Assembly (NCBI GenBank): GCA_029570205.1
Contig: JAKQSI010000070.1
Location: forward strand, 53,254-117,253
DNA: 64,000 nt
Direction of reading: 5' to 3'
Source: Candidatus Omnitrophota bacterium
GTDB taxonomy: Bacteria; Hinthialibacterota; Hinthialibacteria; Hinthialibacterales; JAKPRU01
The position numbers were made by a program, and so were the translations under genes. The notes beneath the pieces are model-generated. The model searched no databases, had not been told where the DNA came from, and was given only the letters and a program-made list of their open reading frames with translations. Below are positions 40,236 through 50,050 of the stretch, piece by piece (position 1 is the first letter of the stretch; each line of letters starts with the position of its first letter).

Positions 40236-41327
40236 ATGAATTCCAAGGAACGTGTACATCGTGCGCTGCGACGGGAACCGGTGGACCGGGTTCCTGTGTT
40301 TATGTGGTTTCATCCGGAGACCGCGAAACGGTTCGCGGCTCGGCTCGATATTCCGGTCAGTCGCCTGCCGGAGGCCATGGGGGATGATATCCGGCAGACT
40401 TGGGTGAATAACAACTACGCCATGGAGGGCATTGTTCATCAATACAACGGTGAGTCGCATGTCGATGAATGGGGAGTTCGGTGGGTAAAGGACGGTCCGT
40501 TTAACCAAGCCGTTGAATTTCCCCTGGCGAACCTGAGCGCGGATGAGGTTCGGGCGTATCGCTTCCCGGTGGATCGCCTGGAGTACCTCCTGTCGCTAAT
40601 GAACCCCATTCTTGCGCAGCGCGAGGACTATTTCATCGGCTGCGATGTTTCGCCGTGCGTGTTTGAGATGTACTGGCGTCTGCGCGGCATGGAGCAGACG
40701 CTGTTGGATATTGCGCTGGAACCGGAACTCACACGGGACATGTTCAACCGATGCGCCGAGTTTGCACGGCTTCTCTCTAAAGAGGCCTGCAAGCGGTTCC
40801 CGCTGGACTGGCTGTGGACGGGCGACGACGTGGCCGGGCAGGAGGGCCTCCTGTTCAGCCGTAACCGGTGGCGCGACCTTGTTATGCCGGGCCTCGCGCG
40901 GATATTCGCCGTCGGCAAGGAACACCACTTGTGGGTCGCCTGCCATTGCTGCGGCGCGCTCTACCCGATTATCGCCGACCTGATCGAGATCGGCCTGGAT
41001 GTTCTCAATCCCATCCAGTGTAACTGTAGAGGAATGAACCCGTTCGACTTGAAGCGTGAATTCGGCGACCGCCTCGCATTTATGGGCGGCGTGGATACAC
41101 AACAACTCCTGCCGTTCGGAACAGCGAAAGAAGTTCGGATGGAAACCGAGCGGTTGATGGATGGAATGACTACAGACGGTGGCGGCTACATTTTAGCCGC
41201 ATCCCACACCATCCCTCCGGAAACGCCGGATGAGAATATCTTTGCGCTCTACCAGGCTGCGGGAATCGGTCGGGAGGAGATCCTGGACCGCGCGGCAGAG
41301 ATACGGAAGTCCTGTGGCGCCGATTAG
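40236..41327 (+). CDS. Uroporphyrinogen-decarboxylase (URO-D) family protein, MtaA/CmuA-like methyltransferase type (paralog of 11620-12585)
   Basis: MNSKERVHRALRREPVDRVPVFMW start and URO-D fold motifs. Confidence 0.75.
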   Translation: MNSKERVHRALRREPVDRVPVFMWFHPETAKRFAARLDIPVSRLPEAMGDDIRQTWVNNNYAMEGIVHQYNGESHVDEWGVRWVKDGPFNQAVEFPLANLSADEVRAYRFPVDRLEYLLSLMNPILAQREDYFIGCDVSPCVFEMYWRLRGMEQTLLDIALEPELTRDMFNRCAEFARLLSKEACKRFPLDWLWTGDDVAGQEGLLFSRNRWRDLVMPGLARIFAVGKEHHLWVACHCCGALYPIIADLIEIGLDVLNPIQCNCRGMNPFDLKREFGDRLAFMGGVDTQQLLPFGTAKEVRMETERLMDGMTTDGGGYILAASHTIPPETPDENIFALYQAAGIGREEILDRAAEIRKSCGAD

Positions 41328-41390
41328 CAACGTGTCTCAGCCGTCATTCCGGTGAAAGCCGGAATCCTCGCAGCGCGGCAGGGCGTATAT

Positions 41391-41419
41391 GTAGATCGCA
41401 GGGCGCCCCTGCGATCTAC
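41391..41419. repeat. 13-bp-stem hairpin GTAGATCGCAGGG-cgc-CCCTGCGATCTAC between convergent genes
   Basis: Perfect inverted repeat, extendable by AT pairs to 15 bp. Shares the GTAG...CTAC termini and upstream TATATGT with the 47271-47298 palindrome. Confidence 0.6.
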
Positions 41420-41462
41420 ATGTACGATCTTGGCCGCCCCTCCTCTCTACCCATTCTCTACC

Positions 41463-42728
41463 TCATTGCTTGATTCCCGCCGGGACCGGGCAACTGTCTA
41501 CAAACGCGAGCGCCTTTTCGATATAGATTTCCCCCGTCATCTCCCCGAGACTTGTGCGCGAAATGTACTCATAACGTTTAAAACTGTTAAAATCGACCTT
41601 TGTCAATATGTAGCCAAATGCGTCATTCGTCAAGCCAAAAAGGAAGTTGCACTCCCCGTGCATCTTTCGTTTCAAATAGTAGCCGATATTCGGCAGGGCT
41701 TCCCCCGGAATGGTCAGTATTTGCGCATGGCCCAGGTTGATCACATTCACCTGGGTAGACACCGTTGCATCCTGACCCAGTTCGTACCCCAGAGGAGAAT
41801 TGCGTACAATTGCGCGCATCATGGGCGAGTCGATCGGAAAGACAATCTGTGTTGCGGCACAAAAGAGATCCGGGTCTTTTTGTACAGGAGCATCGGCGAT
41901 AATCCGAAGGCTCTCATCCGCGAGCAAGTTCCCGATACGGACACATTCCTCCCACGTCTGCACATCCTTCCCGTTTGCTCCTCGGCAGTCTGCCGTCACC
42001 ATCCCGCCCTGAGCGCTGTTCATAAATATCCCAATTCCACCGCCCCTTTCGGCGATTCGATCATATAACGGCCCGACCAGGTCCGGACTGAGAATCTTGC
42101 GGTCCGGTCCCAGGACTTCGGGATGGATTGCATAGTTCACCAACGTGGCGACAGGCGTTCCGTCCTCCCGAAGACACTGGAGAACATTACAACGCCGGTC
42201 GTATAATTGCTCCGCATAGTAGTTGTATGCAATTTTGCCCCTGGCCTCGCCTGTCGCGATTTTAATAGAAACCGGCTGCATCCGGCTTAAGGCGTCTTCG
42301 ATGGCCCCTGCGGTCTCTTTGCATACCCGCTCCAGGTAGTTCACATCTGCGCCACAATTGCCTTTTTCATCTGCGAATCCATAGCAATCCGGAGCGCTGT
42401 GCGTGTGCGTTGCGCCGATCAAGATATTCTCCGGCGGTATGTCCTTTACCATCGCGCGTACCCGATTTCCCAAAACAGCCGGGAAACCGAGGAAATCGGT
42501 GGCGACAATCGCGACGGTTGTATGGTCGTTTTTCAGGACCAATGCCCGCACCGTTAATTCGCCTATCTTTGTTTCAACAGGCTCGGACGGGCCGACACCG
42601 CCGGAAATCGGTAATAACGGGTCTGGGGTAACAATACGAAATGCGATACCGGCCTGGAAATCTGCGAAGGCGGATAGACACGAGAATAGAACGACAATCA
42701 CAGCGGAGACAATGATGTATTTCTTCAT
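41463..42728 (-). CDS. Secreted neutral/alkaline ceramidase-like amidohydrolase (paralog of 18165-19559)
   Basis: Signal peptide MKKYIIVSAVIVVLFSCLSAFA; IGATHTHSAPD motif. Confidence 0.7.
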   Translation of the reverse strand: MKKYIIVSAVIVVLFSCLSAFADFQAGIAFRIVTPDPLLPISGGVGPSEPVETKIGELTVRALVLKNDHTTVAIVATDFLGFPAVLGNRVRAMVKDIPPENILIGATHTHSAPDCYGFADEKGNCGADVNYLERVCKETAGAIEDALSRMQPVSIKIATGEARGKIAYNYYAEQLYDRRCNVLQCLREDGTPVATLVNYAIHPEVLGPDRKILSPDLVGPLYDRIAERGGGIGIFMNSAQGGMVTADCRGANGKDVQTWEECVRIGNLLADESLRIIADAPVQKDPDLFCAATQIVFPIDSPMMRAIVRNSPLGYELGQDATVSTQVNVINLGHAQILTIPGEALPNIGYYLKRKMHGECNFLFGLTNDAFGYILTKVDFNSFKRYEYISRTSLGEMTGEIYIEKALAFVDSCPVPAGIKQ

Positions 42729-42967
42729 TTTTTTGAACACCTCGATATTCGCGTAGAGGCAATTCGTGAATTGTGCCAACACATTCGTGAATTGTCCCTA
42801 CATATATGTCTTCCGGTTTCTGCCACCGGCAAGATGCCTGTGCCACCCTCTTTTTCCTCCCCTCTCTCCTACTCTCTCCCCCTCTCCATACTTGGAGAGG
42901 GGGCCGGGGGGTGAGGATTTGGGGGCAGGATTTCCCCAAGGGCCGGGATCAAGGACCTCTGTAATCA

Positions 42968-43861
42968 TTACGTCAAAAACCGCGATGCCGTGTCAATCGC
43001 TTTCTGCGCCGTCAGTAACGGATCGGCGTCCTGGATTTCCTTGTTGAATAACTCGACGGAAAAATAGCCGTTGTATTTTTTTCCCCTTAATCCACGAAGA
43101 ATGTCTGTTATGGGGATGACCCCCTCCCCGGGAAAGACGCGATCCTTATCGGCAAGAATCTCGCGGGGACCGCCGGGGGCATCGTGGAAATGGACATGTT
43201 CCAGTTCGCCCTCACGAAGGAGATCCAAATCCTCCATTTTGCTCTGTCCGATCCAGAAATGGAAAAAGTCGAACAGGGGACGCACATTGGGATGGTCTGC
43301 GCCCCGCGTTAAAGACAGCGCGGTCGGTAAAGTTCCCATAAACCGCTGCATTCGGATAAACTCGATAACAATAATTACACCGAATTCCCGGCCGATTTCG
43401 CCCAGCTGCCGCACGTTCTCGACGCCGCGCTTGTAATCATCCAGCGTGTATTGTTCCTGCGTAAAGGAATGGACAACAAAGCGTTCAATGCCGAGCGCGC
43501 CGACCAGTTCCAGATTCGCTTTTAGTTGCTCGACCCGCTGATCGTGATCCTCGCGAGGCTCGATCAGTTCCCCCATGCAGCAGGAGCAGGGAGCATGAAG
43601 TCCCAGATCCGAAAGGAGCTGCTTTGCCGTGGAGACCGACTCTTTCTCCACATAAGGACGGATTTTGTGAATCCAGGGTTCGACATGGCGAATTCCCGCC
43701 TTGGAGTATGCCTTCATGCACACATCGAAATCGTGCGACATGGAGGAAGATTCGTTCAAGCAGAGCCTCTCGGCATACGCGGGGGATTGTGAATCCGCCA
43801 GGGAGTCTGTCATAGCAAGTCCTGCCATGCCGGTGTATTTCAAAAAATTACGTCTGTCCAT
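42968..43861 (-). CDS. TAT-exported sugar phosphate isomerase/epimerase (xylose-isomerase-like TIM barrel)
   Basis: MDRRNFLKYTGMAGLAMT twin-arginine signal; AP-endonuclease-2/xylose-isomerase-like fold motifs. Confidence 0.8.
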   Translation of the reverse strand: MDRRNFLKYTGMAGLAMTDSLADSQSPAYAERLCLNESSSMSHDFDVCMKAYSKAGIRHVEPWIHKIRPYVEKESVSTAKQLLSDLGLHAPCSCCMGELIEPREDHDQRVEQLKANLELVGALGIERFVVHSFTQEQYTLDDYKRGVENVRQLGEIGREFGVIIVIEFIRMQRFMGTLPTALSLTRGADHPNVRPLFDFFHFWIGQSKMEDLDLLREGELEHVHFHDAPGGPREILADKDRVFPGEGVIPITDILRGLRGKKYNGYFSVELFNKEIQDADPLLTAQKAIDTASRFLT

Positions 43862-43891
43862 TGTGTCCTGTTCCTTTAATTGAAATCAGAA

Positions 43892-46117
43892 TTATAGAAG
43901 TAATTGAATCAATCGCCAGGTGTGGGTTACAAAAAAACAAACGATAATTCCAATGGCGACGGGCAGGAGAGCCGACACGGCGGCCCATTTCCCGCTGCCG
44001 GTTTCCTTATAGATTGTATAGATAGCTGTCGAGCAGGGATTGTGAAGAAGGCAGAACAGCAGAAGATTGATCGCTGTAAGCATGGTCCATCCGCCCTGGC
44101 GCAGAATATCCGCGATGGCCTCGTGGGATTGCATCTCAAACAACACTCCCGAGCCTTCCCCGACACCGTGAATTCCCCCGACCAGAACGGTCAACATGAG
44201 AATAGTCGGAATGACAATCTCATTAGCCGGAATGGCGATGATGTACGCGAGAAGGATCACGCCGTTCAGGCCGATGAGAAAACCGAACGGATCGAGGAAT
44301 CGAATAAGATGCTCACCAAGGGAAATCCCGCCGATTGTTACATTAGCAGTCAGCCAGATTACCGCGCCGGCCGGGAAAGCAAACACGATCGCGCGCCAGA
44401 GAACGTAAACGGTCCGGTCGATCAGCGACGTGTATAGCGTCTCAAGAATCTTCGGAGGACGATATGGGGGCAGTTCAAGGCTATAAATGGAAGCCTGGCC
44501 GCGTAGAACCGTATTCGACAGAACCCAGGAAGTGAGAAATGTGAATCCTATCCCGATCAAAACAATCACCATGACCACGGCTGAAGAGACAACGGAAGCA
44601 ATAACAGGGGATGCGAAAGCACTGCCGAAGAAAATTGTAGCGATCAGGAACAATGTGGGCCAGCGACCGTTACAGACGGCGAAATTGTTGGTAATGATTG
44701 CGAGGAGTCGTTCGCGGGGGCTGTCGATAATGCGGCACGCGACCGCTCCGGCGGCGTTACATCCGTATCCCATGCTCATGGTCAGCGCCTGCTTTCCGTG
44801 CGCGCCGACCTTCTTGAACAGATTATCCAGATTAAATGCGACACGGGGAAGGTAACCGAAATCCTCACACAGCGTGAATAACGGAAAGAAGATCGCCATC
44901 GGGGGCAGCATCACACTCACTACCCACGCCGTCGCCAGGTAACAACCGTCGATCAACACTCCCGACAACCACCAGGGCAAGGCGAGCACAGAGGCAAGTG
45001 TATTTAGTAGAGGATGAATTGTGTCAATCAGAACATAAGAAAGCATGGAGGAGGGGACATTCGCGCCAGAAATGGTGATCCAGAAGACAAGCGCCAGAAG
45101 AAGAAACATGATGGGGAATCCGGTGAGGCGGCTTGTAACAAGACGATCAAGGAGTCGATCCCAATCCCGGCCGGGTTTCTTTTCGGAGACATGGACAGCC
45201 CGGCCGGCGATCCGGGCGGCTTCTTCGTAAATGGACTCCATGAGCGAATCGTGAAAGTTGTCTCCGAGTGTCCAGCGCAATCGGGTTGCTGTTGTAAGGA
45301 TATCGTCACAATGGCCTGTTCGCTCAGAAGGCAGTCTTTCTGCCGTCCGTACCAGTTCGCCGGTTCGCACGGCGTCGATCATGCGTGTGTCGTGTTCCAA
45401 CAGGCGAAGGGCTACCCATCTGGCATTGGCCAGATCCGGGTAAGCAATCTGTAATTTCTCTACTAATGTATTTAATGCCTGTTTCAGGGCCGGGGATTCG
45501 TTCTGAATACGGTGAGGTGTGCAACAGCGTCGGCCGGACGCCACCTCGGTAATTCGTTGTTGGAGAAGATCGAGTCCTTCTTTTCGCCGCGCGGCCGCGC
45601 CGACCACCGGTATCCCCAAGTCATGTTCGAGTCTGGCGACATCTACCGTCATACCATTGCGACGTGCCTCATCCATCAGATTAACGCAGAGCACGGCGCG
45701 GTCCGTGATTTCGAGTACCTGCAAAACCAGGTTCAGGTTGCGTTCAAGGCGGGTGGCGTCGACGACAATTGCGGTGACATCGGGGCGTCCAAACAAAATA
45801 AAATCACGCGCGATTTCCTCATCGGTACTCGCGGAGAGGAGAGAATAGGTTCCGGGCAGATCGACGATCTTATATTTCTTGCCATTGTATTGAAATACGC
45901 CTTCGGCCCGGCCCACTGTTTTGCCCGGCCAGTTTCCGGTATGCTGCCGCAAACCGGTAAGGCTGTTGAATACGGTACTCTTTCCGGTGTTCGGGTTACC
46001 GGCCAGAGCGACAACATAATCACAGTCCGTTGTGTCCATTTCCAGTCGGCGGATGTCGGGAGCGCTGCACAGCCCGCAGGAGGCATCCGTTGCGGCGGGG
46101 TTCGGCAGGGTAGTCAT
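43892..46117 (-). CDS. feoB: Ferrous iron transporter FeoB (G-domain plus membrane domain)
   Basis: GNPNTGKST P-loop; start overlaps the stop of the upstream DtxR-FeoA gene (ATGA). Confidence 0.9.
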   Translation of the reverse strand: MTTLPNPAATDASCGLCSAPDIRRLEMDTTDCDYVVALAGNPNTGKSTVFNSLTGLRQHTGNWPGKTVGRAEGVFQYNGKKYKIVDLPGTYSLLSASTDEEIARDFILFGRPDVTAIVVDATRLERNLNLVLQVLEITDRAVLCVNLMDEARRNGMTVDVARLEHDLGIPVVGAAARRKEGLDLLQQRITEVASGRRCCTPHRIQNESPALKQALNTLVEKLQIAYPDLANARWVALRLLEHDTRMIDAVRTGELVRTAERLPSERTGHCDDILTTATRLRWTLGDNFHDSLMESIYEEAARIAGRAVHVSEKKPGRDWDRLLDRLVTSRLTGFPIMFLLLALVFWITISGANVPSSMLSYVLIDTIHPLLNTLASVLALPWWLSGVLIDGCYLATAWVVSVMLPPMAIFFPLFTLCEDFGYLPRVAFNLDNLFKKVGAHGKQALTMSMGYGCNAAGAVACRIIDSPRERLLAIITNNFAVCNGRWPTLFLIATIFFGSAFASPVIASVVSSAVVMVIVLIGIGFTFLTSWVLSNTVLRGQASIYSLELPPYRPPKILETLYTSLIDRTVYVLWRAIVFAFPAGAVIWLTANVTIGGISLGEHLIRFLDPFGFLIGLNGVILLAYIIAIPANEIVIPTILMLTVLVGGIHGVGEGSGVLFEMQSHEAIADILRQGGWTMLTAINLLLFCLLHNPCSTAIYTIYKETGSGKWAAVSALLPVAIGIIVCFFVTHTWRLIQLLL

Positions 46118-47142
46118 AATGCCGTCTCCCGGACTGTTTCGACGGCGATCTGTTCGGCTAATTCCTCACGGAGTGCGATAAGAGTCCCGCGAACACGGTA
46201 TGCGATCGGAGTTCCGAGCGGGTTCTCCAGTTCGGCCCGGAGGACGGTTCCGGGGACGATCCCCAGATCCATGAGGCGACGACGTTCCAGCCCCCGGCAC
46301 TTGGGGGACAGGGAGAGGACACGGGCCGCCTCGCCGATGCGGAGCGAGGCGAGCGTGGCCTGCGAACGCTCCGGCTTGTCTTCTTTGGGCAGTTGCCGCA
46401 CGGTAATGAGCGCGGCGACCTCCGGGGATAGGACATGCTCGTCTTCCTGGGAAACAAAGCGAAGCCGTTTATCTGTCTTTTCAAGAATGCGCATCTGCAT
46501 TCCGGGGTAGATCCCTTCAGCGACCAGCTGGGAATACAGTTCCGGCGGTTCATCCTCGATATGTGTTACAGCGACAGCATCGCCGACGGAAAATGTGACA
46601 ATGGCAGAACCGACGGGAGGCGAAATCTCGCCGTTCTCGGTGGGAATGGGGTCGCCGTGAGGATCATACAGGGGATTGCCGAGGCGATACGCCAGGTCCG
46701 CAATCTCCTCGGGCGTGGCGGTATGTTCGCGGGCATGGGCCATGGTGTGCCATTCAGAGTTGGGGAAACCGGTCTGGTCCGCGAGAAATCGTTCCCAGAG
46801 ACGGTGCGCGCGGACAATGCGGGAGGCGTAAGCGTTTCCCTCGGCGGTCAGGCGGGGAAGGCCCTTCTCAAGGGTAAGAAGACCGCGCAATTCCATGCGT
46901 TTCAGTAAGTCCTCTACAGCGCCGTGTGATAGAGGAAGATCCTCGGTAAGGCTGTCAATCGTTGCGGTTTGAGAGGCGCATTCTTTGTTATAGAGGTGTT
47001 TTAGCGCGTCCTCGATGTGGATACGCTCGGATTCTCTCTGCAACCGGGAGAGACGGCTCAGGAGGCCGCTTTTCGGCCAGAGAATCCAGGCCAGAACAGC
47101 GAGGAACCCGATACCGATCAGCAAGAGCGCGCCAGGATGCAT
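46114..47142 (-). CDS. Membrane-anchored DtxR/MntR-like metalloregulator domain fused to two FeoA (SH3-like) domains
   Basis: N-terminal TM helix MHPGALLLIGIGFLAVLAWILWP, DtxR-like HTH and dimerisation region, two FeoA-like repeats. The ORF-track start 36 codons upstream is less likely. Confidence 0.7.
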   Translation of the reverse strand: MHPGALLLIGIGFLAVLAWILWPKSGLLSRLSRLQRESERIHIEDALKHLYNKECASQTATIDSLTEDLPLSHGAVEDLLKRMELRGLLTLEKGLPRLTAEGNAYASRIVRAHRLWERFLADQTGFPNSEWHTMAHAREHTATPEEIADLAYRLGNPLYDPHGDPIPTENGEISPPVGSAIVTFSVGDAVAVTHIEDEPPELYSQLVAEGIYPGMQMRILEKTDKRLRFVSQEDEHVLSPEVAALITVRQLPKEDKPERSQATLASLRIGEAARVLSLSPKCRGLERRRLMDLGIVPGTVLRAELENPLGTPIAYRVRGTLIALREELAEQIAVETVRETAL

Positions 47143-47270
47143 GAATCCTGCCTTTCCGAGAGTATGCGGAAAAACAATTTGCGCACAGCTTATGAGATTT
47201 GATGAGGAGGATTCAAGGGGAAATCGCCTGTTCCCCCCTATATGTGGCACGGGCGTTCCGCCTGTGATTT

Positions 47271-47298
47271 GTAGGGGCGCACGGCCGTGCGCCCCTAC
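47271..47298. repeat. 28-bp perfect palindrome GTAGGGGCGCACGGCCGTGCGCCCCTAC upstream of the DtxR-FeoA-feoB operon
   Basis: Read directly from the sequence; candidate terminator of the upstream gene and/or operator. Confidence 0.6.
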
Positions 47299-47334
47299 GC
47301 CCTGTCATTTCCGATTCCGCAATCCACAATCGGA

Positions 47335-47859
47335 TTACTCAATCTCAAACAACTCTTCCGCCTTCATTTTGAAAATCCGGAGGCCGCCTTCTTCCACGTC
47401 AACCCCTTCATCCGTCCATTTCTTCAGCAATTCTTTGGTGGAGGACTTGAGGGTGTAAGTGACTTTGTTATCCGTACCGTTTTGCGAAATGGTCACTTTG
47501 AACTCATCGGCCTGGACATGCCGAATGTTCTTCTTGCCCATGGTTGCGCCGGTTGCTGCCTGAAGGCCATCGATGATGCAAGATCCGGGTGGCTCCGCCG
47601 GGCATTCCACCACCACGGTCAAACCGAAATACTTCGGGATTTTATGCACAGTCACCGCATGTTCGCCCATGCGTGCCCCCATTGCCACATTCGGTCCCAG
47701 ATGTCCATGGAATCTTTCCAGTTCCTCTACGGTGACGGGGTGAAACTCCACTTTGGAGTGCATCTCCGTGTGGGAATGCGTTTCCGTTTTTGATGCGGGA
47801 ATGGTCATGGTGAGTAATCCTAACGCTGTGATCGGAATGAATAACGCCCAGGTTTTCAT
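47335..47859 (-). CDS. Secreted FmdE-family protein (formylmethanofuran dehydrogenase subunit E-like domain)
   Basis: Signal peptide MKTWALFIPITALGLLTMT; FHGHLGPNVAMGARMG resembles the FmdE HGH motif; GGAGG RBS. Confidence 0.5.
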   Translation of the reverse strand: MKTWALFIPITALGLLTMTIPASKTETHSHTEMHSKVEFHPVTVEELERFHGHLGPNVAMGARMGEHAVTVHKIPKYFGLTVVVECPAEPPGSCIIDGLQAATGATMGKKNIRHVQADEFKVTISQNGTDNKVTYTLKSSTKELLKKWTDEGVDVEEGGLRIFKMKAEELFEIE

Positions 47860-47931
47860 TTTTGCCTCCGAACGATTGGTTTCATTTGTGTTCCACAGGC
47901 TGGAAACCTGTGCCATCCACTTTATGGACGC

Positions 47932-47993
47932 TGAATGACGGCTTTCGCCGGAATGACGGCTTTCGCCGGAATGACGGCTTTCGCCCGGATGAC
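47932..47993. repeat. Three tandem 18-nt units GAATGACGGCTTTCGCCG (family-A half-hairpin units)
   Basis: Contiguous direct repeats; each GCCGGAAT...ATTCCGGC junction can refold as the family-A hairpin. Confidence 0.7.
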
Positions 47994-48033
47994 CGTAGGG
48001 GCAGCCTGTGCAACCTTCCGGAGATCGCCTCTT

Positions 48034-48073
48034 CCCCCCTCTCCATGCCTGGAGACAGGGCCGGGGGGTGAGG
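48034..48073. repeat. Family-B element (CCCCTCTCCA-tgcc-TGGAGA, then CAGGGCCGGGGGGTGAGG)
   Basis: Same architecture as 33626-33662 and 42870-42915. Confidence 0.65.
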
Positions 48074-48081
48074 AAATAATC

Positions 48082-49068
48082 CTACCTCACAATCCGCAAT
48101 CCCCCTCCGCCGACAAGACGTTTGACCTCATCCGGGGTGCACCAGTTCACATCCCCCGGCACGGAATGTTTAAGAGCGGAAAACGCAACACCCCAATCGA
48201 TGCCTTTCTGAACATCCCCATCTTGCAGATACCCATACAGGAATCCTGCCGAGCAGGAATCTCCGCCACCCACACGATCCACAATCTCCACCTCGTAAGT
48301 CCTGGTCTTGTAAACCTTGCCGTCATGCAGGGCGATAGCCGTCCACTTGTTTCGCCAGACGCTCAGGTCTTCGCGAAGGGTAATCAGGACCAATTCAAAA
48401 CCGAATCGATCGTGGAGTTTCCGGGCCACTTCCTCGTAATCTTTTCCCTCGATCTTGAACACCCGCATGGTGTCCTCCTCGGTGGTGATGAGGATATCGG
48501 TATACTTCATAGCCATGGTCATGCACTCCTGCGCTTCCGCCTCGGTCCATAACTTCGCGCGATAGTTCAGGTCGATGCTGACCTTGACCTTGTTCTGTTT
48601 GGCCTTTTCGAGGGATTCCAGGAACGCCTCACGGGCGGTGGGGGAGAGCGCTGCCGTGATGCCGCTTGTGTGGAACAATTTGGCGCCCGAAAGCGCGGCG
48701 TCCCAATTCACTTCGCCCTTTTTGATCCGCGAAATAGCCGAATCTTTGCGGTCATATATGACATTGGACGGTCGCGGGCTGGCTCCGAACTCCAGGAAAT
48801 ACAATCCGGCGCGGTCTTCTTTCGTCCATACGACATGGGAGCAATCCACACCATGCTCGCGCGTTTTGTTGACGATCATCCGTCCCAGGGGATTCGTCGG
48901 TACCCGGGTGACAAACGCCGACGACATTCCCAAGCGGGCGACCCCAATAGCCACATTGAACTCCGCGCCCCCGACTCTAACATCCAGGGTTGCAGTCTGT
49001 TCCAGCCGGTTGAAATCCGGCGGCGACAAACGAACCATTGCCTCACCAAACGTAACTACATCAGCCAT
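48082..49068 (-). CDS. kdgK: PfkB-family sugar kinase, 2-dehydro-3-deoxygluconokinase-like
   Basis: PfkB motifs (GGAEFNVAIG, GGGDSCSAGFLYG); AAGGAG RBS. Confidence 0.8.
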   Translation of the reverse strand: MADVVTFGEAMVRLSPPDFNRLEQTATLDVRVGGAEFNVAIGVARLGMSSAFVTRVPTNPLGRMIVNKTREHGVDCSHVVWTKEDRAGLYFLEFGASPRPSNVIYDRKDSAISRIKKGEVNWDAALSGAKLFHTSGITAALSPTAREAFLESLEKAKQNKVKVSIDLNYRAKLWTEAEAQECMTMAMKYTDILITTEEDTMRVFKIEGKDYEEVARKLHDRFGFELVLITLREDLSVWRNKWTAIALHDGKVYKTRTYEVEIVDRVGGGDSCSAGFLYGYLQDGDVQKGIDWGVAFSALKHSVPGDVNWCTPDEVKRLVGGGGLRIVR

Positions 49069-49257
49069 GAAACCTCGCTCCTTTCTATCTATTTCAAAGG
49101 ACTATCCAGCATTCCATACCTGAACAATGTGACTTCTTCTCCCTCTCCCGCCGGAAAGGGTCGGGGTGAGGGTGTCTCCGGGCGCCACCGGCATCTTGCC
49201 GGTGGACAAGTCTCCCTCTCTCATCCCCATCGGTCCTATTCATCCTGCCCGGTTCTC

Positions 49258-49905
49258 CTACGACCGCGCCTTCCTGACCTCTTCAATAAACCGCCGCGCA
49301 TTCTCTGTAATGGTGGCCCAGTCCCGGTCGGCGATGGCCTTTTTGGGAACCAGATTGCCGCCGACTGCGATGCAGCACGCGCCGCAGCGGATAAACTCGC
49401 CCGCGTTCGACAGGTCTACTCCGCCGGTCGGCGAAAGGCGAATGTGCGGCAGCGGCCCCTTGATATCCTTGAGATATTTCGGCCCGACCGCCGTCGCCGG
49501 AAAGACTTTCACGATATCCGAGCCGCACTCCCAGGCGGTCAGAATCTCCGTTGGAGTGAATGCGCCGGAGATCATCACCTTGCCGTATCGTTTCGCCATT
49601 TCGATAGTCGCCGGATTGAGAGTCGGTGTGACAATATACTCCGCACCTGCCAGGATCACCGCGCGCGCCGTTTCGGGGTCCAGCACAGTCCCAGCGCCCA
49701 TAATGACTTTGCTCCCCATTTCCGCGGCCACCGCCTTGATGACATCCATCGCGCCGGGAGTGGTCATGGTGACTTCGAGCGCCACCAGCCCTCCCTGAAC
49801 CAGCGCGTCGGCCACCTCCGTCAGTTCCTCGCTTCGGTCCGCTCGGATCACGGCGATCACACCGGACTCAATAATGGTATCCAACACCTGTTGCTTTCGA
49901 TCCAT
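49258..49905 (-). CDS. eda: 2-dehydro-3-deoxyphosphogluconate/4-hydroxy-2-oxoglutarate aldolase
   Basis: KDPG aldolase motifs (GVIAVIR, EVTMTTPGA, KVFPA); AAGGGAGA RBS. Confidence 0.85.
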   Translation of the reverse strand: MDRKQQVLDTIIESGVIAVIRADRSEELTEVADALVQGGLVALEVTMTTPGAMDVIKAVAAEMGSKVIMGAGTVLDPETARAVILAGAEYIVTPTLNPATIEMAKRYGKVMISGAFTPTEILTAWECGSDIVKVFPATAVGPKYLKDIKGPLPHIRLSPTGGVDLSNAGEFIRCGACCIAVGGNLVPKKAIADRDWATITENARRFIEEVRKARS

Positions 49906-50050
49906 GAATTTCTCCCTTCGTCGGGTCAAAATGCCTGGACTGATCTTCCCGCTCTCCTGCTATGTTGTGAAGGATACGGCATATAGAGGATGGCGGTTTT
50001 TGCGAGGAAAGGGTACAGTGGAAACTGGTCATACCGGAGAGGCAGGCCCC

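Noticed and set aside
39612-40508. Full 298-aa minus-strand ORF-track call
   Set aside because: Only the last 128 codons, from the TAT-signal Met with a strong RBS, look coding; the upstream part overlaps the URO-D paralog start and promoter region.
41352-42068. 238-aa plus-strand ORF
   Set aside because: Antisense to the secreted ceramidase-like gene, which has a clear signal peptide, RBS and family motif.
47244-47259. Sigma-54-like promoter TGGCACGggcgTTCC on the + strand
   Set aside because: No + strand gene downstream (both neighbours are on the minus strand), and the -12 element is imperfect; it may be part of the repeat/palindrome element instead.
47932-47993. CRISPR array
   Set aside because: The 18-nt units are contiguous with no spacers, there are only three copies, and no cas genes are present.
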